Positions 50,161-59,430 of a stretch of 64,000 nt of DNA are shown piece by piece. The position numbers and the translations under genes were made by a program. How positions within the stretch are numbered: the first letter of the stretch is position 1; each line of letters starts with the position of its first letter. Origin of the DNA: an uncultured Verrucomicrobiae bacterium (GTDB lineage: Bacteria > Verrucomicrobiota > Verrucomicrobiia > Limisphaerales > Palsa-1400); NCBI GenBank assembly GCA_963707025.1, contig CAVPOM010000006.1, forward strand, positions 544,001 to 608,000, in the 5' to 3' direction. Under the pieces are notes generated by a model. That model did not search any database, was not told where the DNA came from, and saw nothing but the letters and a program-made list of their open reading frames with translations.

Positions 50161-50280
50161 GAAACCTCCGCAAAACGCGCATCCACGATTGTAGCGGCGG
50201 TCTATGACCGCCGCAAACCAGGGGAAACAACCGTAAGGCGGCGGTCATAGACCGCCGCTACAGGCCTTTTGCAGCGGTTT
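50161..50280. mobile_element. second copy of the 29399 MITE/REPIN
   Basis: GAAACCTCCGCAAAACGCGCATCCACGATTGTAGCGGCGGTCTATGACCGCCG...TTTGCAGCGGTTT; lies between convergent genes. Confidence 0.8.
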
Positions 50281-50570
50281 TGCTTTCGTTACTTGAGCAG
50301 GTCCCCGAACGCCGGGAGGAGAGTGTACTTTTTCTCCCACGGCGTGTACATGAACCCGTCGAACAAGGGCACGTCCTTTGCGGCCTCAAGCCAGCCTTTG
50401 ACGCTGTTCAAATCATCCGCATCGTAGTAGCAGGCCGCCACGGTGTGAAAGCCGTGGTCGGCGAAAAAATGGAGGTCCTTCGGACGCGGCTCGCCGCCCC
50501 AGACCACCATGGTCACGTCCTTGGGAACATGCTCCCACGAACCGGTGAAATCACCGTCAACAAGATAATA

Positions 50571-51574
50571 GAGCGTTTCCATAAATGATATAGCTTGACT
50601 GGGGCGAGAGGGCTGGCAGGCTTGAGCCATGCGAGCGATACCCGTGTCTGCGCGCGAGCGCATCCTGCAACTCTATGAACAAGGCAAAAGCACCCGCGAG
50701 ATCGCGGACTTTTTCGGCTTTTGCGTGGCGGCGGTGCGCCGGGTCCGGCAGCAGTTCCAAGAGCGCGGCACGCTCCAGCCGCAAACCCATTTGTGCGGGC
50801 GCAAAACGCTGCTGAACGCCGGACGCCAGGCTCGCCTGCAAAAGCTGGTGGCGGCCCAGCCCGACGCGACGTTGGCCGAGTTGGGGGCGCGTCTGGACCG
50901 CCCTTTCGGGACCTCCACTGTGGATTTGTGGCTGCGCAAACTGGGGTTGAGCTATAAAAAAAACGCTCTGCGCCGCCGAGCAGAACCGTCCGGACGTGGC
51001 CGAAAAGCGGGCCCATTGGCATGAGCGTCTGGCAAGTGACCCACCTGCCCGACTGGTCTTCGTGGATGAAAGCGGGGCCAACACCAAGATGACCCGTTTT
51101 TGCGGGCGGTCACCCGTGGGCCGAAGACTGGCGGCCCACGTCCCGCAGGGACATTATCAGACCACCACCCTGGTCTGCGCCATTCGTCTGGCCGGGCCTG
51201 CGGCCCCCTGCCTCTTTGAGGGGGCCATGGACGGGGAAATGTTTTTGGCCTGGATCCAGCAGGGGCTGGTGGTGGAGTTGCGCAAGGGTGACTTGGTCAT
51301 CATGGACAACTTGGCCACGCATAAGGTGACCGGAGTCCGCCAAGCCATCGAAGAGGCCGGGGCAACGCTGCTGTATCTGCCGCCCTATTCGCCAGACTTT
51401 AATCCCATCGAAAATATGTGGAGCAAGGTCAAACAAATTATGCGAGGTCTCGCGCCGCGAACCGCCAAGGAACTGCTCCAAGCGGCGAAGATTGCCTTTG
51501 AAGCCATCTCCACCGCCGATTGCCGGGGCTTCTTTTTAAACGCCCGCTACGCTACATGATTTATGGAAATGCTC
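50571..51574 (+). mobile_element. IS630 family insertion sequence
   Basis: TIRs GAGCGTTTCCATAAATGATATAGC / GCTACATGATTTATGGAAATGCTC, TA duplication at 50569-50570 and 51575-51576. Confidence 0.95.
50629..51559 (+). CDS. IS630 transposase, two ORFs joined by -1 slippage at A8 (50956-50963)
   Basis: HTH ORF ending LSYKK, then KTLCAAEQNRPDV; DDE motifs FVDESG, MDNL, YSPDFNPIE. Confidence 0.92.
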
Positions 51575-53020
51575 TAGTTGCCGTGGGCGTTGTGGTAGGG
51601 ATCAAACATGTCGCCCCAGACCAGAATGCCGGCCCCGGGCGCGTAACGCCGGATGATCGCCGCCTGTTGCGCCACGGATTGGCCGATCAATTCGCCCATG
51701 TTCCTTCCCTGGCAGGCGCGGCAGGTGCCGCCCATCCGCACCTCGTCCATGCTCAGCAGGACGCGGCGGGGATGAAGCCGGGCGGCCAGCAGCGCGGCCT
51801 CCTCATCGAAAACCTGGTAGAGGGCCGGCTCGGCCATGCAGACCGTCACCTGCGAATCGTAGATGATCATGGAATGATACCAGCTCGCCCGCACGGTCTG
51901 CCCCTCCGCAATGCGTCCGCCCGGAAGAATCTTCAGCGGCAGGGCCGGTCCGGTGTCGTTCCAGGGATGGAGGGCCGGGTCCAACAGCGGGGCGTAGTCC
52001 CGGCCTTCGCTATAAGTGACAGAGCCGTCGGCGGAGCGGATCGTGACCGGAGCGCCCGGCCGGTGGAGCACATTGACCGGGCCGGTCTCCTCCAGGCTCC
52101 AATCGTCCAGCCAGACTTTGCCGGATTTGCCGCCCCACAGGCCCGCGTAAAGCCGGATTTTGTCAAAGGACAACGAGTTCAGGAGCATGGAGATTTTGCG
52201 CCAGTCGGTGGTGGACGGAATGTTGAAAGTGCGCGGCGCGATCTCCTGGTCCTTGCCGGCCAGGGCCAGGAGGCGGAAGGCGCCCGGCGGCTGGAGGTTT
52301 TCCGTTTTCACCCAGAGCGTGACGCGATAACAGCGATGCGGCTGCACCGCGATCTCCTGCATGACGCGCCCGTGGCCGTAGGGATTGGCCGTGAAATTCT
52401 CCAGGCGCAACGACGCCCGGCCGCTGTGTTTGATGGCGGTGTCCACGAAGCTGACTTCGCCCGGCTGGTCGTGGAAACTGAAATTCTTGAGACGGTTTCC
52501 GGTGAAATCCTCGAATCCGCCGTTGGCGAGCAGGGCGGAACTCGCCGCGGCCAGGCGCGCCGCGCCGTCGTGGACCACGAGCGGCGCGTCCACCACCGGC
52601 ACGCCCTCGGCCAGATTGGGATCGTGGGCCAAAGCGCCGCCGCCGTAGCCGACGGAAAAAACGGAGGGGATCAACTCCAGATGATTTTGTTCGCAGGCTT
52701 GCTTTATCTGGTCGAGCCGCCGGAAGTAATCGGGCGATTGTTTGGACAGCGAGTCCAGGCCGGCGGCGAGCACCGCGCCATTGAGTCCGTGCTGGCCGGC
52801 CGATTCCAGCACGCGGCTGATTTGCGCCGTGTCCGAGTCCTGGTTGAGGTTCCAGCCGAAAATCCAGACAAGCCGGTCGGCGTAACGGTCGGCCGCCGCT
52901 GCCCCCATCACCATCGAAAGCAGCAGCAGCAAAGCGAGCGCGGGCCCGCGCCAATGGCGGAGAGCGGTCATTCGATGCGGCGCTGGCTTGGCAGGAACAT
53001 ATCCCGGTCAATGACGGCTT

Positions 53021-53701
53021 TCAGTTTCCTGGGGTGCGGGCAGAAGGCTGGTCTCGCTGCAACATGGCCCAGGTAAATCCAGCGCCGGCTTTTTGCACCA
53101 GAGCCAGGTGAATCCAAAGCATGGCCGTGGCTTCCAGCAGCCGGGCTGTTTTCAAATCTCCCGTGTCCAGCGGCTGAAAACCAATGTCGGCGGCGAGCCG
53201 GGAAACGATTTGCCGGGCGTCGGCGTCATCCCCGGCCAGCCACATGACCGGTTTGAGACCGCCGTAATTCGGATAACTGGCGTCGGCCAGATTTTCGAAC
53301 CCGTAAGTGTTGAAAGCTTTTACCACCCGCGCCCCTTTGGCCCAATGCGCGACGGTTTCCCCGCCGGAAACGGTATGGCCGATGGCCAGTTCCAAGCCGC
53401 TGCCGGGGGTGAAACGAAGTGGGTTGGTGCAATCCACCAGCACCTTGCCCTGGAGGTTGCCGCAGGCGGCGAGGGCCGGCTGGGTGGCATCCCACGGCGT
53501 GGCCAGCGCGATCACTTGGCCGAAGGCAGCCGCCTGGGCATTGCTGCCGGCGCTGGCCTTCGATCCGCAGGCCTCGAGCAATGCGCGATGTTTTGCATCG
53601 TTGGGATCGCGCACGCCAAATTTTATGTGATGGCCGGCTTTGGCCCAGCTTTGGCCGAGCGCGCCGCCGACGTTTCCTGCTCCGATGATTCCGATATTCA
53701 T
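53021..53701 (-). CDS. NADPH-dependent F420 reductase-like oxidoreductase
   Basis: IGIIGAGNVG, VDCTNP, VVKAFNT, AGDDADA. Confidence 0.88.
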   Translation of the reverse strand: MNIGIIGAGNVGGALGQSWAKAGHHIKFGVRDPNDAKHRALLEACGSKASAGSNAQAAAFGQVIALATPWDATQPALAACGNLQGKVLVDCTNPLRFTPGSGLELAIGHTVSGGETVAHWAKGARVVKAFNTYGFENLADASYPNYGGLKPVMWLAGDDADARQIVSRLAADIGFQPLDTGDLKTARLLEATAMLWIHLALVQKAGAGFTWAMLQRDQPSARTPGN

Positions 53702-53702
53702 C

Positions 53703-53972
53703 TCAATTCGAACGGGTTGGTTGTTGGGGTGATTGTCGCCGCACCTCGCTGTGCCGCCACTTTTTGATGTCACCTTGCGCCATTAAACGGCCATCTTGAA
53801 CGAGGGCCTCAATACGTCTGGCAATTATAGTAAATCCGTCCTCGCCTTCAGGCAGTCTTGTGCCTTGAAGGTCTGCAACCCTGACAATGACCATCGCAAC
53901 CTTCCTCCAAGGAATTCCTGTCACGGCGAGAATATCCTCGTCAATTTGGGAGGCTTCTTGGTTGCAGGGCAT
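53703..53972 (-). CDS. small DUF3658-like protein
   Basis: WRKVA...RIEALVQDGRL.AQGD...WRHSEVR; lower GC. Confidence 0.6.
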   Translation of the reverse strand: MPCNQEASQIDEDILAVTGIPWRKVAMVIVRVADLQGTRLPEGEDGFTIIARRIEALVQDGRLMAQGDIKKWRHSEVRRQSPQQPTRSN

Positions 53973-53977
53973 ATTTC

Positions 53978-55162
53978 TCACCACCAATGATGGTGGTAGG
54001 AATTTGTCTTGACGTTGATGGTGACCGGGGCGGATAGAACCTGGGTGCCATTGTTGTCGGTGGCCAGCGCGGTCACGGAGTTGCTCCCGACGGGGGGGTT
54101 GGTCCAAAGGAAGAAGAAAGGCCGCCAGATGATGTTCGTGCCGCGCGGCGCCCACGATAAATCCGGCCACGGACAGGCGGGATTGTTGGTCACGGTGCCG
54201 AGACTGGCGCCTTGGTTCAAAAACTCCACGGTGGCTATCCCGTTGCCCGGCTCGCCCGCCGCGGCGACGAGGCTGATGGCGCTGTTGGACGGGAAGGTCG
54301 CACCGCTGGCCGGGGCGGCGATCCGCACCTCGGGCACAGGCAAGTTTGTGGTCACGGTGATGTTGACAACGGCGGAAGTGGTTTGCAGGCCGGCGTTGTC
54401 GGTGGCGACCGCCGTCAGCGCGTAAGCGCCGGGCGGCACATTGGGCCAGATTATCCAGTAAGGGTTATTTTGCGGCGCCGGCAAAATTGGGGGCAAAGCG
54501 GCCTTCCCCCGCCTGGCCGGCAGAGGCCTGAATGGGCCGAAGCAGAAGGGCTGGTTGGTCACCGTGGCCAGGCTGGTGGCGCTGGCGAAAAATTCCACCG
54601 AGGTTACCCATCCGTTGGAGTCGCCGGCCCTGGCGGCAATGACCAGGTCCGGCCTGGAAAGAAAGGAGGCGTCATTGGTCGGACTGACTATGGCCACGGT
54701 GGGCGCGGCATTGGTGTAATTGTAGGCGATGTAAACCACCGCCGTGTCATAGCCGCGCCAGGGCTGGTAAAAATGGCTCCCGGGCTGTGTCAACTTCAAT
54801 TGCACGGTTTTGTAACCTGTCGCCGCCGGCTCCACCACCGGGGTAATGAGCAGGTTGGTCCCGCTTTGGCCGGCGGCGAGCGTCACGGAGGTTGGCACGG
54901 TCGCATAATCCACGCCGTTGGTTGCGGTGCCGGTGAGCGAGCAGGCCACAGTTACGGCGGCATTGGTATCCTCGCCGCGGCTGATGATAAAGACCCCGGC
55001 ATGGCTGCCCGGTTCGTAGGCCAGCGGTTGCGCCGCCTGCACCGTCACCACCGGCCCTCGATCCCAAGGGTCAAATCGGGCCTGGGCGGTAGAGCTTGCG
55101 AAAATTCCGGGCAAAGTCGCCGCCAGGGTTAAGATCAACAAATGATGGCGTGGCGTTTTCAT
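53978..55162 (-). CDS. secreted Calx-beta + two Ig-like domain protein
   Basis: GTATNGVDY; two copies of VEF...SL..VTN...W.N.P.G...TA.ATDN.G. Confidence 0.8.
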   Translation of the reverse strand: MKTPRHHLLILTLAATLPGIFASSTAQARFDPWDRGPVVTVQAAQPLAYEPGSHAGVFIISRGEDTNAAVTVACSLTGTATNGVDYATVPTSVTLAAGQSGTNLLITPVVEPAATGYKTVQLKLTQPGSHFYQPWRGYDTAVVYIAYNYTNAAPTVAIVSPTNDASFLSRPDLVIAARAGDSNGWVTSVEFFASATSLATVTNQPFCFGPFRPLPARRGKAALPPILPAPQNNPYWIIWPNVPPGAYALTAVATDNAGLQTTSAVVNITVTTNLPVPEVRIAAPASGATFPSNSAISLVAAAGEPGNGIATVEFLNQGASLGTVTNNPACPWPDLSWAPRGTNIIWRPFFFLWTNPPVGSNSVTALATDNNGTQVLSAPVTINVKTNSYHHHWW

Positions 55163-55299
55163 GGCTGGATCAGCGGGCCTTCCTGCTTTGTATTTTTGTG
55201 CCGTTAAATATAGCCGAAAAGGGCGGTGGTGTCAAAGCGCCCAACAGATCGGCAGGTCGTATTTGAGGCGGCAGCGCGCTCGAAAAGCGTTTGCCGCCT

Positions 55300-56148
55300 T
55301 TACACCGTAGTTGCCCGCACGATATGGCCGCCCCTGTCGGGCGAGGACCCGCCTGGCTTTGCAAAGTAACGCTGCCGGATCAACGCCGGGCCAAGATCTT
55401 CGACTTCGCCAAAGCCCAGGGCCGCCAGTTTGGCGAGGAGCAGGTCGGTTTCAAAAGCGCTCTGGAAGGCCTCTCCCAGGGAAGCAACGCGCGCGGCAAG
55501 CGCCTGGTGAGCGGCGGCGTATTCGGGGTGGCCGGAACTCGACGTTGGAGGATTGGCATAGTCGAACACGACGTGAGCGCCACCCGGCAGGTGGGCAATG
55601 AAACCAAGCGTCGCAAAGATGGCCTGCTCCTTCAGATAAGGCACGACGCCCAGCCAGGTGAAAAAGGTTTGCTGCGCCGGATCGAAGCCGGCCGCGTTCA
55701 AGCCGTCGGCCAAAGTCTCCCGCTCGAAATCTACCGGAGCAAAAGTCAGCGCGCGCGGGGCCGGGATGGCCGCCTCGGCCAGCCGTTGGCGCTTCCAGGC
55801 CTGGGTCGCCGGGTGGTCAACCTCGAAGATGCGCAGGCTTTCCCCCAAAGAGGTGCGGTAAGCGTAAGTGTCCAGACCCGCCCCGAGCACCACCAGTTGG
55901 CGCACCCCGCGGCGCGCCACGGCGGCGGCCAGGGCATCCTCGGCAAAGCGCGTTCTCACGGCAATGAACAGGCGCAACTTTCGTCTGGATGGGTCCTTTG
56001 CCGCATCGCGGACCGCCGCTGCGGCGTCCGCTCCCAGGATGCGCAGCGCCAGCGGATCGGTGAAAATGAAACCGCGCTCCAACACTTGATGGGCGGCGCG
56101 GTGAGAGGCGGCGCCCCAGGCGGTGCGGCTGGGCTGTCCTGGCTGCAT
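55300..56148 (-). CDS. SAM-dependent methyltransferase (LCM-like)
   Basis: PSRTA, RTRFAED, QLVVLGAGLDT, FEVDHPATQ, WLGVVPYL. Confidence 0.9.
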   Translation of the reverse strand: MQPGQPSRTAWGAASHRAAHQVLERGFIFTDPLALRILGADAAAAVRDAAKDPSRRKLRLFIAVRTRFAEDALAAAVARRGVRQLVVLGAGLDTYAYRTSLGESLRIFEVDHPATQAWKRQRLAEAAIPAPRALTFAPVDFERETLADGLNAAGFDPAQQTFFTWLGVVPYLKEQAIFATLGFIAHLPGGAHVVFDYANPPTSSSGHPEYAAAHQALAARVASLGEAFQSAFETDLLLAKLAALGFGEVEDLGPALIRQRYFAKPGGSSPDRGGHIVRATTV

Positions 56149-56196
56149 GGAGGGACAGCCTAAGGCGGTTCAAGAAATTGTGCAGCCCTAAATGAG

Positions 56197-56266
56197 GATG
56201 GCAGGGCGCGCACTCCGTGCGCGCCGCGGCGGGCCACGGAGTGCCCGCCCTTCTGCAACTCCATCA
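56197..56266. repeat. REP-like doublet, same family as the core of the 2010 MITE
   Basis: GCAGGGCGCGCACTCCGTGCGCGCC...CACGGAGTGCCCGCCC. Confidence 0.7.
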
Positions 56267-56270
56267 AAAC

Positions 56271-56900
56271 TCATTTGGGTGACGCGCCGGCCACTCCCAA
56301 GGTCAGATGGATGGTATCGGCCACCTTGTCCAGACTCTTGCCGGGCATGATGTTGAAATCGGCGCGCTGGATGCTGAAGTTGGTGGAGGTGATCACCAGC
56401 AGGTCGCCTTTTTGGTTCCCGCCCAGGTGCTCCCCCAGCTTGTCTTTGAGATATTTCATCTCCACCGGGATGGTCACTTCCTTGGCAACCCCGTGCAAGG
56501 TGAACGTTCCCGTCACATCCGCCGTGGTTTTGTCTCCCTCGCTCTTGACGTTCTTCAGGTCCTTGGCCTCGAAAGTGATCTCCGGGTACCTGGCCGCGTC
56601 CAGCCACAGGTTGCCCCGCATGATGGCGGTTTGCTGGCCGTTGGGCACCGTCAGCGACGCGGTGGCCACGGCGATTCTTCCCCGGGTCGCCCCTGGATTT
56701 TGCGGGTCGAAGGTGACGGTGCCGGAAACGGCGTTGGCCGTGCCGGCGATTTTTTCGGCAGGCGCGTCCAGTTTGAATTCGATTTTGTTGCCGTTCTTGG
56801 GGTCTTTGAAATCAAAGGTTTCCGGGCCGGCCAGGGCGGGCAGCGCCAGCGCCGGTGCGATAACATAAACGATCCATCGGGTTCTCATAGTTTGCGACAT
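56271..56900 (-). CDS. YceI-like periplasmic protein (start uncertain)
   Basis: WLDAARYPEITF, VTGTFTLHGVAKEV, I.RADFNI. Confidence 0.85.
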   Translation of the reverse strand: MSQTMRTRWIVYVIAPALALPALAGPETFDFKDPKNGNKIEFKLDAPAEKIAGTANAVSGTVTFDPQNPGATRGRIAVATASLTVPNGQQTAIMRGNLWLDAARYPEITFEAKDLKNVKSEGDKTTADVTGTFTLHGVAKEVTIPVEMKYLKDKLGEHLGGNQKGDLLVITSTNFSIQRADFNIMPGKSLDKVADTIHLTLGVAGASPK

Positions 56901-56925
56901 CCGGTTTGGATACTCCAACCGGCGC

Positions 56926-57183
56926 TCAAGTTCCAGTTTTTTTAGTGCGAAACAGAAAAGAAGCCCCGGCCATGCCTCCCGCCGTCAACGCGGCCAGGGC
57001 CAGGAAATCCCACCCCGGAATAAATCCTTTTTCCCACGCGCTGGCGGTCAGGCCGGTGACCGGGTCCGTCGTGCGGTGTTCTATGTTGTTGACGGTCCAG
57101 CCGCGGTTGGCGCCCCGGGCCGCCCAGAATGCGACGGAGGACAGCAGGACAACGGCTGCCAGGATGCGCAAGGCTCTTCTCAC
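56926..57183 (-). CDS. small membrane protein
   Basis: Two TM segments flanking GANRGWT...DPVTG...FIPG.DFL. Confidence 0.6.
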   Translation of the reverse strand: MRRALRILAAVVLLSSVAFWAARGANRGWTVNNIEHRTTDPVTGLTASAWEKGFIPGWDFLALAALTAGGMAGASFLFRTKKTGT

Positions 57184-57370
57184 GAATTGGCCGCACCATA
57201 ATCCGGCAGAAAGCAAAATGCAAACCTCGGGGCCGGCCTGAAATAAGACTGCCTGAATATCGTCTCATTGACGCCCATGCTAAACTTTTTTCCATGAGAA
57301 AGGCATCAGCCCCCGCCGTGACGCCGCGGCCCGCCCCGGACCGGCGGTGGCGGGGCCAATTCGGGACCTC

Positions 57371-59416
57371 ATGAAACTGCTCGATGATCCCATGATTCCC
57401 GGCGGTCAAAGGCGGATGTTTCTGCTGGGTTTGCTTTTGGCCGTGGTCACGCTCGGTCTTTATTGGCCGGCGGTCGGCCATGATTTTGTGGCGTATGATG
57501 ACGACCAGTACATCTATGATAATCCGTGGGTGACCGGCGGCATCAGTTGGGCGGCCCTCAAATGGGCCTTGACGAGCACCTTTGCCGCCAACTGGCATCC
57601 GTTGACCTGGATTTCGCACCTCATTGATTACTCGATCTATGGCCCGCTGCCCGCGGGCCATCACCTCACCAGCATCCTTCTCCATACCGCCAACACCGTG
57701 TTGCTGTTCCTGGTGCTGGCACGCTGGACGGGGTCGCCCTGGCCGGGCGCTCTGGCCGCCGCGCTGTTCGGATGGCATCCGCTGCACGTCGAGTCGGTGG
57801 CTTGGGTTTCGGAGCGTAAGGACGTTTTGAGCACGCTCTGCTGGCTTCTGACGATTTGGGCTTACCTGAGGAGCGCCAGCCGGCCCGGAAGTGATTCTCC
57901 AGCCGGGAAGCCGGAGGGGCGCAAGCTGTTTTACGGGCTGGCCATTCTCTTCTTTGCCCTTGGCTTGATGGCCAAACCCATGGTGGTCACTTTGCCCTTT
58001 GTTCTGCTCCTGCTGGATTATTGGCCGCTGAAATTGTATTCGGGAAATTCCCTGTCGTCGCCTGCCTGGAAGGTTGGCCTTCGCCAGCTCGTGAAAATGC
58101 TGCCCTTTTTCATCCTCTCCGCCGCGGCGAGCGTGGTGACGGTGCTGGCGCAAAGCTCGGGTGGGGCCGTCAAAACGTTCGAGCAAGTCCCATTTTTTGC
58201 GCGCGTGGCCGGCGTTCCACTGGCCTACCTGACTTATATCCGCAAGACATTTTGGCCAAGTGATTTGTGCGCCTTTTATCCGTTGGCCGGGCAACCCCGG
58301 GCGGCTGAGGTTCTCGGCGCGTTGCTGGCGCTGGCCGCCATCAGTGCGGTGGCGGTTGCTTGGCGGCGTTCCTATCCGTGGCTCATCGTCGGATGGCTCT
58401 GGTTTTTGGGGACGCTCGTTCCGGTGATTGGGCTGGTCCAGGTGGGGGGCCAGGCTTATGGGGATCGCTATACCTACATCCCCTCCATCGGTTTGTTTGT
58501 CATGGTGGCCTGGAGTGTCCATCAGTGGGTGATCCAGCGCCCGCGGGCGCGAAGGTGGATTGCCGCGCTGGTTGGCGCCAGTCTCCTCGGCTGCGTTCTC
58601 ACCACCGCAGCGCAATTGGGCACCTGGCGCGACAATCTGGCCTTCTACACCCAAATCCTGGCGGTGAACAAAGACTGTGCCATGGCCCAAAACGGCCTGG
58701 GATTGGCCCTCTCCAACGCCGGTCGAAAAGACGAGGCGATTGCTCACTACAAGGAGGCCTTGCGTTTGGATCCCGCCTCGGTTCATGCGCGCTATAACCT
58801 GGGGATTGAACTGGCCGCCGCGGGCAGGCTGGAGGAAGCGGCCGCGGCTTTTGCTGAGGCCATAAAACTTAATCCGCGGAGCGAACAACTCCATAACAAC
58901 GCCGGGGTCGTGCTGGCGCAACAGGGAAAAACCGAACTGGCCCTGGATCAGTTCAGACAAGCCATTCAACTCAATCCCATTTACCCCAAGCCTTACCTCA
59001 ACGCCGCCATGGCCTTGGAGAAGCTGGGCCAGTTTGCCCAGGCTGCGACAAACTATGAAAAGGCGCTGCAACTGGAGCCGGATTCACCCCAAACTCTGGA
59101 CGCTTTGGCCATGCTGCGGGCGACGTGCCCGGATTTGCCGGAGCGCAACCCCGCCCTGGCGGTGCAACTGGCCACCCGGGCCAACGCCCTGACACGATCC
59201 CAAGTTCCGGATTATCTTTCCACGCTGGCGGCAGCTTATGCCGCGGCGACCCAGTACTCCAACGCCGTCACCACCGCGGAACTCGCTCGCAGCCAGGCTC
59301 AATCCCGCGGCCTCACGGACCTGGCCGGCAGAATCGGCCGGGACCTGCAGCGCTATCGAGCCGGCCTGGCCGCGCCCGCGAAGATGGAAATGGAACGCGG
59401 TTCGACCAACAGATGA
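57371..59416 (+). CDS. TMTC-like multi-TM (GT-C-like) protein with TPR repeats
   Basis: FVAYDDDQY, NWHPLTW.SH, HPLHVESVAWVSERKD, DRYTY, then TPRs. Confidence 0.8.
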   Translation: MKLLDDPMIPGGQRRMFLLGLLLAVVTLGLYWPAVGHDFVAYDDDQYIYDNPWVTGGISWAALKWALTSTFAANWHPLTWISHLIDYSIYGPLPAGHHLTSILLHTANTVLLFLVLARWTGSPWPGALAAALFGWHPLHVESVAWVSERKDVLSTLCWLLTIWAYLRSASRPGSDSPAGKPEGRKLFYGLAILFFALGLMAKPMVVTLPFVLLLLDYWPLKLYSGNSLSSPAWKVGLRQLVKMLPFFILSAAASVVTVLAQSSGGAVKTFEQVPFFARVAGVPLAYLTYIRKTFWPSDLCAFYPLAGQPRAAEVLGALLALAAISAVAVAWRRSYPWLIVGWLWFLGTLVPVIGLVQVGGQAYGDRYTYIPSIGLFVMVAWSVHQWVIQRPRARRWIAALVGASLLGCVLTTAAQLGTWRDNLAFYTQILAVNKDCAMAQNGLGLALSNAGRKDEAIAHYKEALRLDPASVHARYNLGIELAAAGRLEEAAAAFAEAIKLNPRSEQLHNNAGVVLAQQGKTELALDQFRQAIQLNPIYPKPYLNAAMALEKLGQFAQAATNYEKALQLEPDSPQTLDALAMLRATCPDLPERNPALAVQLATRANALTRSQVPDYLSTLAAAYAAATQYSNAVTTAELARSQAQSRGLTDLAGRIGRDLQRYRAGLAAPAKMEMERGSTNR

Positions 59417-59430
59417 ATCAGCCTCCAGCC

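Larger units (their letters stand above)
50289..52971 (-). pseudogene. secreted CBM-containing glycoside hydrolase-like gene interrupted by IS630
   Basis: Removing the IS and one TA restores ...PYHNAHGN-YYLVDGDF... in frame; LANGGFE CBM-like insert, SMDEVR, VWGDMF motifs. Confidence 0.85.
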
